A stretch of DNA of 20,698 nt from Thermoproteota archaeon (GTDB lineage Archaea; Korarchaeota; Korarchaeia; Korarchaeales; Korarchaeaceae), in NCBI GenBank assembly GCA_037917625.1, contig JAVCBY010000043.1:1-20698 (forward strand), written 5' to 3'. Shown piece by piece: positions 8,536 to 16,246 of this stretch (position 1 is its first letter; every line of letters begins with the position of its first letter). The translations under genes and the position numbers were made by a program. The notes below the pieces were generated by a model. That model searched no databases and had not been told where the DNA came from. It worked only from the letters and a program-made list of their open reading frames with translations.

Positions 8536-8540
8536 GCTCT

Positions 8541-9125
8541 TTGGCGAGATCAGGTAGATATAAGGTGAAGTTCAGAAGGAGAAGGGAAGGGAAGACAGAT
8601 TATATGAAGAGATTGGCTCTTCTAAAGAGTAGGAAGCCGAGAATCGTTGTGAGAAGGACCAATAGATACATAATAGTGCAGTTCGTTAAGTTTAAGGAGG
8701 AAGGGGATGAAGTGATAGCTTATGCTTTTTCAAAGGAATTGGAGAAGTATGGATGGCCTTATGGAGGAAAGAACCTACCAGCAGCATATTTGACGGGATA
8801 TCTAGCAGCTATGAGGGCTAAGAAGGCTGGAGTTATGGAAGCGATCTTAGATATAGGTAGGTTCCCATCTACGAGGGGATCGAGGCTTTACGCAGCCTTG
8901 AAGGGAGCGCTCGACGCTGGCATAGATGTGCCCCACTCCCCGGAGATCCTCCCGGATGAGGATAGGATAAGGGGAGAGCACATAGTTTCTTTCGCGGAGA
9001 AATTGGATGAGGAATCCCTCAAGAGGCAATTCTCCGATTACCTCAGGAGGGGAGCCGATCCAAAGATGATCTCTGAGACCTTTGAGAGCGTCTTGGAGAG
9101 GATATCAACTGTGAGTAATGATTAA
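8541..9125 (+). CDS. rpl18p: 50S ribosomal protein uL18
   Basis: RRRREGKTDY, NLPAAYLTG, ALKGALDAG, RIRGEHI. TTG 8541 lies 6 nt after GAGGTG (alternative GTG 8532). Confidence 0.96.
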   Translation: MARSGRYKVKFRRRREGKTDYMKRLALLKSRKPRIVVRRTNRYIIVQFVKFKEEGDEVIAYAFSKELEKYGWPYGGKNLPAAYLTGYLAAMRAKKAGVMEAILDIGRFPSTRGSRLYAALKGALDAGIDVPHSPEILPDEDRIRGEHIVSFAEKLDEESLKRQFSDYLRRGADPKMISETFESVLERISTVSND

Positions 9126-9150
9126 AATTTGATTATGGGAGGGAGGCTGG

Positions 9151-9780
9151 ATGTACGAGGAAGAAGTGGAGAGGGAGTGGACACCCAGGACATGGGTGGG
9201 CCGCTTAGTAGCTGAGGGTAGGATAAAGAGCCTTGAAGAGATACTTAGGAGAGGTATACCGATTCAAGAGCCTGAGATAGTCGATATACTCGTTCCAGGG
9301 ATCAAGGAAGAAGTCGTAGAGGTGATAAGGGTTCAGAGACAGACGGATGCAGGAGAACTAACTCAGCTGAGGGTAGTGGCTGCTGTGGGTGATGGGATGA
9401 ACTACGTTGGCGTGGGCAAGGGGAAGGGGAAGGAGTTCAATATAGCTTTAGCAGATGCCGTTAGGAACGCTAAGCTGAACCTCATCAAGGTGAGGAAGGG
9501 ATGCGGCTCTTGGGAGTGCGGCTGCGGGAGGCCCCATTCGATAGCCGCTGCTGTGACCGGGGCATCTGGATCCGTCAGGGTGACGCTCCTCCCCGCCCCT
9601 AGGAAGCTGGGGATAGTTGGAAATGAGACGGCTAAGATAGTCCTCGGGCTAGGAGGACTTCAGGATGTCAGGGTATTCTCTAAGGGTCACACGAGGAACA
9701 GGATGAATTATGCTTTCGCATTACATGATGCCCTACGCAAATTGTTAGTAATGAACCTCCCCCAGGACTGGAGGGGTTGA
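9151..9780 (+). CDS. rps5p: 30S ribosomal protein uS5
   Basis: WTPRTWVGRLV, QRQTDAG, GCGSWECGCGRPHS, GSVRVTLLPAP. Confidence 0.97.
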   Translation: MYEEEVEREWTPRTWVGRLVAEGRIKSLEEILRRGIPIQEPEIVDILVPGIKEEVVEVIRVQRQTDAGELTQLRVVAAVGDGMNYVGVGKGKGKEFNIALADAVRNAKLNLIKVRKGCGSWECGCGRPHSIAAAVTGASGSVRVTLLPAPRKLGIVGNETAKIVLGLGGLQDVRVFSKGHTRNRMNYAFALHDALRKLLVMNLPQDWRG

Positions 9781-9788
9781 CCATCTCA

Positions 9789-9797
9789 TTTTTTAAA
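9789..9797 (+). promoter_or_regulatory. Internal TATA (and/or U-rich terminator) between rps5p and rpl30p
   Basis: TTTTTTAAA in the rps5p-rpl30p gap. It matches the TATA form seen before rpl14p and tRNA-Leu. Confidence 0.5.
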
Positions 9798-9809
9798 CTG
9801 ATGAGCTGA

Positions 9810-9880
9810 TTCCAGTGGAGCGCACCCGTTAGGCGCGGGGCGCACGATGGCGGGTGCGCCCGGAGGTGGTGAGCCTGGAA
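9810..9880 (+). promoter_or_regulatory. Structured RNA element in the rpl30p leader
   Basis: Perfect 9-bp stem GCGCACCCG(9820-28)/CGGGTGCGC(9851-59), extended by UUA/UGG and an inner GCGC/GCGC. Outer stem TTCCAG(9810-15)/CTGGAA(9875-80). Confidence 0.55.
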
Positions 9881-10354
9881 GAGATCCCTTTGATAGCGGT
9901 AGTTAGGATAAGGGGCAGAGTTAATGTGAAGCCTGAGATAAGGAGAACTCTCGAAATGCTATACTTACGTAGGAAGTTTTGGGCGACTCTAGTGCCTCTA
10001 ACGGATTCCTATAGGGGGATGCTCCACAAGGTGAAGGACTACTCTACTTACGGTGAGATAGATGAGCCCACTCTCTTAACGCTCCTCAGGGAGAGGGGAG
10101 AGCTCAAGATGGGTGGGAGCTTGAGCGATGAATGGCTCTCCAGCAACACAGATTTCTCAAGCATAGAGGAGCTAGCAAAAGCTCTCCTCAGCAAGAGGGT
10201 ATACTTACATAAGTTGGGGTGGATAAAGCCATATTTCGGGCTCCATCCACCCAAGGGAGGTTTCAAGAGGACGACTAAGAGGGCTTGGAACGATGGAGGG
10301 GAGCTCGGATATAGAGGAAAGGAGATAAATACACTGATCAGGAGGATGATATGA
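9875..10354 (+). CDS. rpl30p: 50S ribosomal protein uL30 (start uncertain: CTG 9875, GTG 9869 or TTG 9890)
   Basis: IAVVRIRGRVNV, TLEMLYL, GMLHKVKDY.TYGEI, LHPPKGGF, GELGYRG. Confidence 0.95.
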   Translation: MEEIPLIAVVRIRGRVNVKPEIRRTLEMLYLRRKFWATLVPLTDSYRGMLHKVKDYSTYGEIDEPTLLTLLRERGELKMGGSLSDEWLSSNTDFSSIEELAKALLSKRVYLHKLGWIKPYFGLHPPKGGFKRTTKRAWNDGGELGYRGKEINTLIRRMI

Positions 10355-10830
10355 TGAGCATACCCAGGAGGAGGAAGAAGTCGAGGAAGATGAGGGGATC
10401 GAGGCTTCACGGATATGGGTTGCAGAGGCAACATAGGAGGAGTGGGAGGAGAGGGGGCTTCGGAATGGCCGGAACGAAGAAGCACTTATGGACCTGGATC
10501 ACAGCATACGAACCTGATTACTTCGGGAGAGGAAGGAGGGGATTCAAGAGACCTAGGGCCGTGAGAAGGGAGATTAGGAGCATAAATCTCGCTGATTTAG
10601 ACAAGATGATCCCAGATCTTCTGAGATCCGGAATAGCTGAGGAGCGTGAGGACGGAAGGATTGAGCTCGATCTCGGGAAGATAGGCTATAATAAGCTGCT
10701 CGGGAGAGGGGAGATAAGCAAGCCTCTGCTAATTAAAGTTGGGAGCGCATCTAGGAATGCTGTTAGCAAGCTAGAGAGCATAGGTGGAAGCGTTATTTTG
10801 ACGGAGGGGGATTCTGATGAGTCTGATTAG
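10351..10830 (+). CDS. rpl15p: 50S ribosomal protein uL15
   Basis: RKMRGSRLHGYG, GRRGGFGMAG..KH, GYNKLLGRG, KLESIGG. Confidence 0.96.
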   Translation: MMSIPRRRKKSRKMRGSRLHGYGLQRQHRRSGRRGGFGMAGTKKHLWTWITAYEPDYFGRGRRGFKRPRAVRREIRSINLADLDKMIPDLLRSGIAEEREDGRIELDLGKIGYNKLLGRGEISKPLLIKVGSASRNAVSKLESIGGSVILTEGDSDESD

Positions 10831-12220
10831 GCAAATAATTTCTAAGATGAATAAAGGGATCCCGGAGGTTGAGAGACCAAAGAGATCACCGACTCTAAAG
10901 GAAAAACTCGCTTGGACGGGGCTCGTCCTCATAATTTATTACTTCCTCACGCAAGTCCCTCTTTATGGTGTGCCGAGAGGAGGCTTAGATTACCTAGCTC
11001 AGATAAGGGTGATATTCGCTGGCGCCCAGGGTAGCATAGTTGAGCTTGGTATAGGTCCCATAGTCACAGCTGGAATAGTATTAGAGCTCCTCGTAGGTAG
11101 TAAGATCGTCAAACTAGATCTAACTGATCCAGAGGATAGGAAGTTCTTCCAGGAAGCCCAGAGAGTTGCTGCTATATTCTTCATACTATTCGAGGTATCA
11201 GCTTATACTCTGGGAGGGAGGTTCGGAAACTTAACGACTCAGCAAGCTCTAATAACGATAGCTCAACTATCGCTCGGCTGCTTTCTATTGATGATGCTAG
11301 ATGATCTCGTGGCGAAGTGGGGGATAGGGAGCGGTATAAGTCTCTTCATATTAGCGGGAGTTGCACAAGAAGCGATTTGGTCTATGTTCTCGCCTAAGAT
11401 AGAGCCGACTACAGGTAGGTATGTGGGCGTCATACCCGCCTTGATATCTGAGGGCGTTGGAGCTATATATAGGGACTCCCTCCCAGGGCTTGTCGGCTTG
11501 ATATCGACATTCGTGGTCTTCATAGCGGTCATATGGGCTTACGAAGTTAGAGTGAACATCTCCATTGCTCACTCCTTATACGGTGGTCTCAGGACTAAGT
11601 ATCCAATAAGGCTCCTTTACGTGAGCAATGTCCCCATAATATTCGCCTCAGCCCTCCTAGGGGATATAGATATCCTCGCTAAGATCGCATGGTCCAGGCT
11701 GGGCTCTGAGACGAGCGGATGGGCTAAGTACCTCGTGGACTTCTTGGGGAGATATGAAGCAGATCCCGTTAGCGGGAGCGTGGTCCCAGTTCAAGGACTG
11801 GCTTACTATCTTACCACTCCTCATGGGCCCTCAGTTCTCGTTCAAGATCCGATAAGGGCTATAGTATACATAGTGATTCTGGTCGCTTCATGCATCGCTT
11901 TCGCTAAGATATGGGTGATGACGGCTGGTATGGATCCGAGGACCGTGAGCGAGCAACTAGTCAGGCAGGGGATTGTGGTCCCGGGGAGAAGGGCATCAGC
12001 GAAAGTAATAGCTAGGACGATAGAGAAGTACATAGAGGCCGTGACTTACCTCGGAGGTATCTTAGTTGGCTTACTCGCAGCAGTAGCTAACTTCACAGGA
12101 GCCTTCGGTACTGGGAGCGGTATACTCCTCGCGGTGACGATAATAGCTGGGCTTTACGAGAGACTCGCTCAGGAGCGTACGCTCGAGATGTATCCGAGGC
12201 TCAAGAGGTTCATAGGGTGA
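10817..12220 (+). CDS. secY: Protein translocase subunit SecY
   Basis: ELGIGPIVTAGI, KWGIGSGISLFI, YPIRLLYVSNVPII, GTGSGILLAV, with about 10 TM segments. Confidence 0.97.
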   Translation: MSLIRQIISKMNKGIPEVERPKRSPTLKEKLAWTGLVLIIYYFLTQVPLYGVPRGGLDYLAQIRVIFAGAQGSIVELGIGPIVTAGIVLELLVGSKIVKLDLTDPEDRKFFQEAQRVAAIFFILFEVSAYTLGGRFGNLTTQQALITIAQLSLGCFLLMMLDDLVAKWGIGSGISLFILAGVAQEAIWSMFSPKIEPTTGRYVGVIPALISEGVGAIYRDSLPGLVGLISTFVVFIAVIWAYEVRVNISIAHSLYGGLRTKYPIRLLYVSNVPIIFASALLGDIDILAKIAWSRLGSETSGWAKYLVDFLGRYEADPVSGSVVPVQGLAYYLTTPHGPSVLVQDPIRAIVYIVILVASCIAFAKIWVMTAGMDPRTVSEQLVRQGIVVPGRRASAKVIARTIEKYIEAVTYLGGILVGLLAAVANFTGAFGTGSGILLAVTIIAGLYERLAQERTLEMYPRLKRFIG

Positions 12221-12224
12221 TCAA

Positions 12225-12728
12225 ATGGATCTAAGCTTTATTCTCTTCCCGCCAGGCTCAATAATATTCCTCACATTTTTAGCATTAACCATAAGTCTTG
12301 GTGTTAATTTGATAAACAAGAGGACGATAAATTATGAGAGGATGAGGGAACTGCAGAAAATAGTGAAGGAATATACGGATCTTCAGAGGGAGTTAGTCAA
12401 GAATCCGGATGATAAGAGATTGAAGAAGAAATTGGATAAGATGAAGCCCCAGTTCGATGCTGCTAGGGCTGAGATTAGCAGGATGAACATGAGGCCTCTC
12501 CTCTACACAACTATACCCATAATTATGATCTTCTGGCTCCTCGGTAACTTCTACGCAGATATCCCAGTGATAAATTTACCATTCCCACTCCCCTGGATCT
12601 TGGATTACTTCCATAATAATTCAGGTCTTTCGAACCAGACTTTGGGTTACGTCGGTTATTATGTGATAGCATCATTCTTATTCTCAGCTATCTTCCAGAG
12701 ATTACTCGGAACAATTCCTTCTGAATAA
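12225..12728 (+). CDS. DUF106 / EMC3-TMCO1 (Oxa1 superfamily) membrane protein
   Basis: TM1, then a cytoplasmic coiled coil (ERMRELQK...KKLDKM), MRPLLYTTIP and further TMs. Canonical position after secY. Confidence 0.85.
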   Translation: MDLSFILFPPGSIIFLTFLALTISLGVNLINKRTINYERMRELQKIVKEYTDLQRELVKNPDDKRLKKKLDKMKPQFDAARAEISRMNMRPLLYTTIPIIMIFWLLGNFYADIPVINLPFPLPWILDYFHNNSGLSNQTLGYVGYYVIASFLFSAIFQRLLGTIPSE

Positions 12729-12796
12729 ATTTTTAACATAACTTTCCGATATAATAAAATAATAATCAAAAGTAGCCCCCTCCGGGCTCCATAACA

Positions 12797-12804
12797 CTTA
12801 AAAA
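12797..12804 (+). promoter_or_regulatory. TATA box upstream of rpl34e
   Basis: CTTAAAAA about 37 nt before ATG 12842. Confidence 0.4.
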
Positions 12805-12841
12805 TTGGGGATGCATCCTTCTCCCGCCGCGGGGGTATCAG

Positions 12842-13141
12842 ATGATCAGCGTGAACAAAAGGGGAACTAGGAGGAGGCTGAAGAAGGTAAGAGTAGCCGT
12901 CAGAACGCCTGGAGGGAGACTGGTCTATCATTATAAGCACAAAAAGCACTCTTATGCTTTATGTAGCTGCGGTGCTAGGCTCAATGCAACACCCACTGGC
13001 CCCAGATCAGTGATCTCTAAGATTCCCTTGAGTCAGAGGAGGCCCAATAGGCCTTACGGAGGTAACCTCTGCCCCAAGTGCATGAGGAAGCTCATGGTGA
13101 CCTCTGCGGTTGCAGAGGGTCTGGACCTCCTCGCGTCCTGA
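12842..13141 (+). CDS. rpl34e: 50S ribosomal protein eL34
   Basis: VRTPGGRLVYHY, CSCGARL, RRPNRPYGGNLCPKC. Confidence 0.95.
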   Translation: MISVNKRGTRRRLKKVRVAVRTPGGRLVYHYKHKKHSYALCSCGARLNATPTGPRSVISKIPLSQRRPNRPYGGNLCPKCMRKLMVTSAVAEGLDLLAS

Positions 13142-13176
13142 GGGACGCATTACCCACTCGCGAGAGGGGTGTTATC

Positions 13177-13455
13177 ATGGGAGTTATCGAGGTGGGAAGG
13201 GTCTGTAGGAAGGTAGCTGGTAGGGAAGCCGGGAGACTTTGTGTGGTAGTCAGGATAATCGATAAGAACTTCGTTGAAGCGACAGGGCCGAAGGAGCTGA
13301 CGGGCGTCAGGAGGAGGAGGGTGAACGTGAAGCACTTAGTACCCCTGCCCGTGAAGCTCGATATACCTGAGGGAGCGAGAGATGAGGAAGTGATCGAGGC
13401 ATTGAAAGGCACCGATCTATACGAGAAGCTTCAGAAGGCTAGGGTATCTAGTTGA
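13177..13455 (+). CDS. rpl14e: 50S ribosomal protein eL14
   Basis: IEVGRVC.KVAGREAG..CVVV.IIDKNFV..TGPK.LTGVRRRRVNVKHL. Start at ATG 13177 after a GAGGGGTG SD. Confidence 0.95.
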   Translation: MGVIEVGRVCRKVAGREAGRLCVVVRIIDKNFVEATGPKELTGVRRRRVNVKHLVPLPVKLDIPEGARDEEVIEALKGTDLYEKLQKARVSS

Positions 13456-14429
13456 TCGATGAAGTAGAGGAGATAGCTGTTAAGAGCGCTTATGAACCCG
13501 GCCCCTATGGATATAGGCCTCAAGAGAGGCCCATATTTCTTTATTTAGATCACGGCCTCATAATATTGGATAAACCTAAGGGTCCATCATCTCACGAGGT
13601 CACCGAGAGGGTCAAGAGGATACTCGAATACCCAGGAAAGGTGGGGCATTGCGGGACATTGGACCCTAAGGTATCCGGAGTCCTCCCGATAGTTTTAGGC
13701 AATGCGACGAAGCTCAGTAAATTCATCGCGGGATACGATAAGGAGTACGTGGGCACGCTTTACTTACACGGTGAGGTCTCGATTGATGAGCTTAAGGAAG
13801 CTTTGAGCAAATTCACAGGACCGATATTCCAGAGACCACCGGTTAAGTCAGCAGTTAAGAGATCGCTCAGAGTGAGGAGAGTTTATTCCATCGAGCTATT
13901 GAGTAGCGAGGGGAGGTTCCACAAGCTGAGGGTCAGGGTGGAATCGGGTACATACGTAAGGAAGCTTTTCTTCGACATAGGGGAGTTCTTAGGAGTCGGA
14001 GGGAGCATGAGGGATCTGAGAAGGATAAGAAGTGGGATCTTCACGGAGAAAGATTGCGTAACTCTCGAGGATCTCAAGGATGCTTACGATAGTTGGAAGA
14101 CATCCGGAGATGAGAGCAAGATTAGGAGAGTCATCCTTCCCTTGGAGGTAGCGGTGAAGCACCTACCTAAGATATACGTGAAAGATAGCGCAGTCGCTTC
14201 CCTGACTCATGGAGCATCCCTCAAGGTGAAGGGGATCTGCTCACTGTCCAGGGGGATAAGGAAGAGCTCTATTGTAGCATTGATGACCCTGAAAGACGAG
14301 CTCATAGCGATAGGGAGAGCTCTAATGAATTTCGATGAGATGATCTCAGCTGATAGTGGGGTAGCTGCTAGTATCGAGAGGGTTATAATGCCTAGGGACC
14401 TCTACCCGCCGATGTGGAGGACCGGATGA
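13452..14429 (+). CDS. cbf5: H/ACA RNA-guided / tRNA Psi55 pseudouridine synthase Cbf5
   Basis: LDKPKGPSSHEV, GHCGTLDPKVSGVLP (catalytic Asp), QRPPVKSAVKR, SGTYVRKL and a C-terminal PUA domain. TTG start overlaps the rpl14e stop. Confidence 0.95.
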   Translation: MIDEVEEIAVKSAYEPGPYGYRPQERPIFLYLDHGLIILDKPKGPSSHEVTERVKRILEYPGKVGHCGTLDPKVSGVLPIVLGNATKLSKFIAGYDKEYVGTLYLHGEVSIDELKEALSKFTGPIFQRPPVKSAVKRSLRVRRVYSIELLSSEGRFHKLRVRVESGTYVRKLFFDIGEFLGVGGSMRDLRRIRSGIFTEKDCVTLEDLKDAYDSWKTSGDESKIRRVILPLEVAVKHLPKIYVKDSAVASLTHGASLKVKGICSLSRGIRKSSIVALMTLKDELIAIGRALMNFDEMISADSGVAASIERVIMPRDLYPPMWRTG

Positions 14430-14437
14430 TCTCAATC

Positions 14438-14445
14438 TTTTAATA
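14438..14445 (+). promoter_or_regulatory. TATA box of tRNA-Ser
   Basis: TTTTAATA about 23 nt before the mature tRNA 5' end. Confidence 0.55.
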
Positions 14446-14468
14446 TGTGTGCATTATATGAGACATGG

Positions 14469-14556
14469 GCCGGGGTGCCCTAGCCCGGAAGGGGGCTGGC
14501 CTGGAGAGCCAGTGGCCCGTTGGGCCGCGTGGGTTCAAATCCCACCCCCGGCGCCA
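14469..14556 (+). tRNA. tRNA-Ser(GGA), intronless, CCA encoded
   Basis: Acceptor GCCGGGG/CCCCGGC, anticodon arm CTGGC-CTGGAGA-GCCAG, long variable arm GGCCC-GTT-GGGCC, T arm GTGGG-TTCAAAT-CCCAC, discriminator G plus CCA. Confidence 0.97.
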
Positions 14557-14777
14557 CTAGCTGTTCCACTCTTTGATACCTCATAAAGAGGATTGAGCGT
14601 ACGTGAGGCCTCAAGTCATATACGATAGTGGAAAAGGGTTACAAAAACTCAATTATGACTTTCCCCCCAAGAATTACTATCTTTAAATCATAGCAGTTCT
14701 AAGTATCTCCTTTAAGGAATGCCGTGATGGACCTATCTATAAATCCATCAGATGGGCCTCGTAACTCGCTAGAGATA

Positions 14778-14790
14778 CGAAACATTAAAA
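14778..14790 (+). promoter_or_regulatory. BRE/TATA of the rps13p-rps4p-rps11p operon
   Basis: CGAAAC-ATTAAAA about 40 nt before TTG 14830. Confidence 0.45.
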
Positions 14791-14829
14791 TTGAGTGGTA
14801 CGATATACTCCGAAAAAAGGGGTGAGTGG

Positions 14830-15279
14830 TTGTCGGGAGTTGAGCTGAGGAGGGTAGTAAGGCTGCTCAACACGACTCTAGATGGTACTAAGCCCACTAT
14901 AGTTTCGCTCACAGGCGTGAAGGGGATAAGCCATACTCTAGCGCTAGCTATCCTGAGGAAAGCAGGCATATCTCCAAACAAACTCCTAGGAGAGCTTAGT
15001 GAGGAGGAATATGCTAAGATAGAGGATGTCGTAAATAACCCGCATAAATACGGGGTCCCTTGGTGGCTGATGAATAGGCAGAAAGATTACAGAAATAACG
15101 AATCTAGGATACTCATAGGGGATGATGTGAACTGGTACATGACCCAGGATATCAACTTAATGAAGAAGATAGGTAGCTGGAAGGGGATAAGGCATGAGCT
15201 AGGGCTGAAGGTGAGGGGACAGAGGACGAAGACGACTGGAAGAGCGGGGAAGACGGTCGGTTATCAGAGGAAGAAATGA
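14830..15279 (+). CDS. rps13p: 30S ribosomal protein uS13
   Basis: LTGVKGI, WLMNRQKDY, SWKGIRHELGLKVRGQRTKTTGR. TTG 14830 follows a GGGGTGA SD. Confidence 0.96.
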   Translation: MSGVELRRVVRLLNTTLDGTKPTIVSLTGVKGISHTLALAILRKAGISPNKLLGELSEEEYAKIEDVVNNPHKYGVPWWLMNRQKDYRNNESRILIGDDVNWYMTQDINLMKKIGSWKGIRHELGLKVRGQRTKTTGRAGKTVGYQRKK

Positions 15280-15288
15280 GGTGGTGAT

Positions 15289-15786
15289 ATGGGGGATATA
15301 AAGAAGCATAGGAAGAAATATGAGAGGCCTTACAAACCTTGGGATAGGAGAGTTCTGGAGGAGACGAATAGACTAGCCGGTTACTACGGTCTGAGGAACA
15401 AGAGAGAGCTCTGGAGGATGAGCTTCTTAGCGAAGAAATATAGGAGGATAGCTAGACAGCTTTTAGCCGCTCCTAAGAGCGAGAGCTGGAAGGTTGAGCC
15501 CATAATAAGGAAGCTGCAAGCCCTCGGGATCCTCGGTAAGGATGCGACTTTAGATGATCTACTCGATTTGAGCGTTGAGCAATTCTTGGAGAGGAGATTG
15601 CAGACAATCGTTTGGAGGAAGGGGTTCGCTAAGAGCCCATACATGGCTAGGCAGCTCATAACTCACGGTCATATAAGGGTTAACGGTAGGAGGATAAGGC
15701 AGCCAAGCTACTTAGTCAAACTAGAGGAGGAGGATAAGATAGAGTGCCTCCATCCCTCATGCTTGGAGGTTGAGGAGGTGAGATGA
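15289..15786 (+). CDS. rps4p: 30S ribosomal protein uS4
   Basis: [43 protein letters not shown]. Confidence 0.97.
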   Translation: MGDIKKHRKKYERPYKPWDRRVLEETNRLAGYYGLRNKRELWRMSFLAKKYRRIARQLLAAPKSESWKVEPIIRKLQALGILGKDATLDDLLDLSVEQFLERRLQTIVWRKGFAKSPYMARQLITHGHIRVNGRRIRQPSYLVKLEEEDKIECLHPSCLEVEEVR

Positions 15787-16184
15787 TGTCAACTGAGAGG
15801 AAGGGTAAGATAGGGGTGGCGCACATATACTCATCTTTCAATGATACTATAGTCCACATAACCGATATAACGGGAGCTGAGACCATAGCTAGGTACTCCG
15901 GTGGGATGTTCGTGGATGCTGATAGGCTAGAGGGCTCTCCTTACGCAGCCTTGAAGGCTGCGATGGCGGCAGCTAAAGAAGCTCAGAGGAAAGGGATAAC
16001 CCATCTAATAGTTAAGGTGAGAGCTCCTGGGGGTATAAAGAGTAGGATCCCAGGTCCGGGTGCTACAGCAGCCATAAGAGGTCTATCTAGATCTCAACTC
16101 ACTCTCATAAGGGTCGAGGACGTGACCCCGATACCTCACGATGGTTGCAGGAGGCCTCACGGTAGGAGGGGAAGGAGGGTCTGA
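15786..16184 (+). CDS. rps11p: 30S ribosomal protein uS11
   Basis: [51 protein letters not shown]. Confidence 0.97.
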   Translation: MSTERKGKIGVAHIYSSFNDTIVHITDITGAETIARYSGGMFVDADRLEGSPYAALKAAMAAAKEAQRKGITHLIVKVRAPGGIKSRIPGPGATAAIRGLSRSQLTLIRVEDVTPIPHDGCRRPHGRRGRRV

Positions 16185-16215
16185 GGGAACTTTCACATAA
16201 CGTTAACGATAGAAA

Positions 16216-16224
16216 TTTATTAAA
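16216..16224 (+). promoter_or_regulatory. BRE/TATA for the orphan gene and rpoD
   Basis: AGAAA-TTTATTAAA ends about 22 nt before ATG 16247. Confidence 0.55.
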
Positions 16225-16246
16225 GCCTCACAGTACATTTTAGGGG

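Noticed and set aside
9798-9830. CTGATGAG resembling a hammerhead core or C box
   Set aside because: There is no properly placed GAAA/stem II or cleavage triplet, no C/D guide spacing, and it sits directly behind the TATA.
9810-9886. H/ACA guide RNA interpretation of the rpl30p leader
   Set aside because: No clear K-turn/K-loop, no ACA after the lower stem, and a strongly asymmetric pocket that contains the SD.
3769-12739. Repeat AAATTTTTAACAT at 3769-3781 and 12727-12739 (partial inverse at 743-753)
   Set aside because: Low-complexity TATA/terminator-like consensus, which is insufficient evidence for a specific element.
13078-13176. 33-aa N-terminal extension of eL14
   Set aside because: It overlaps rpl34e; eL14 homology and an SD start at ATG 13177.
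13640-13680. Possible bulge-helix-bulge intron in cbf5, as in many Crenarchaeota
   Set aside because: GHCGTLDPKVSG is contiguous and in frame, with no insertion at the catalytic Asp.
14791-14829. N-terminal extension of uS13 from TTG 14791
   Set aside because: It abuts the TATA box, and the SD GGGGTGA points to TTG 14830.
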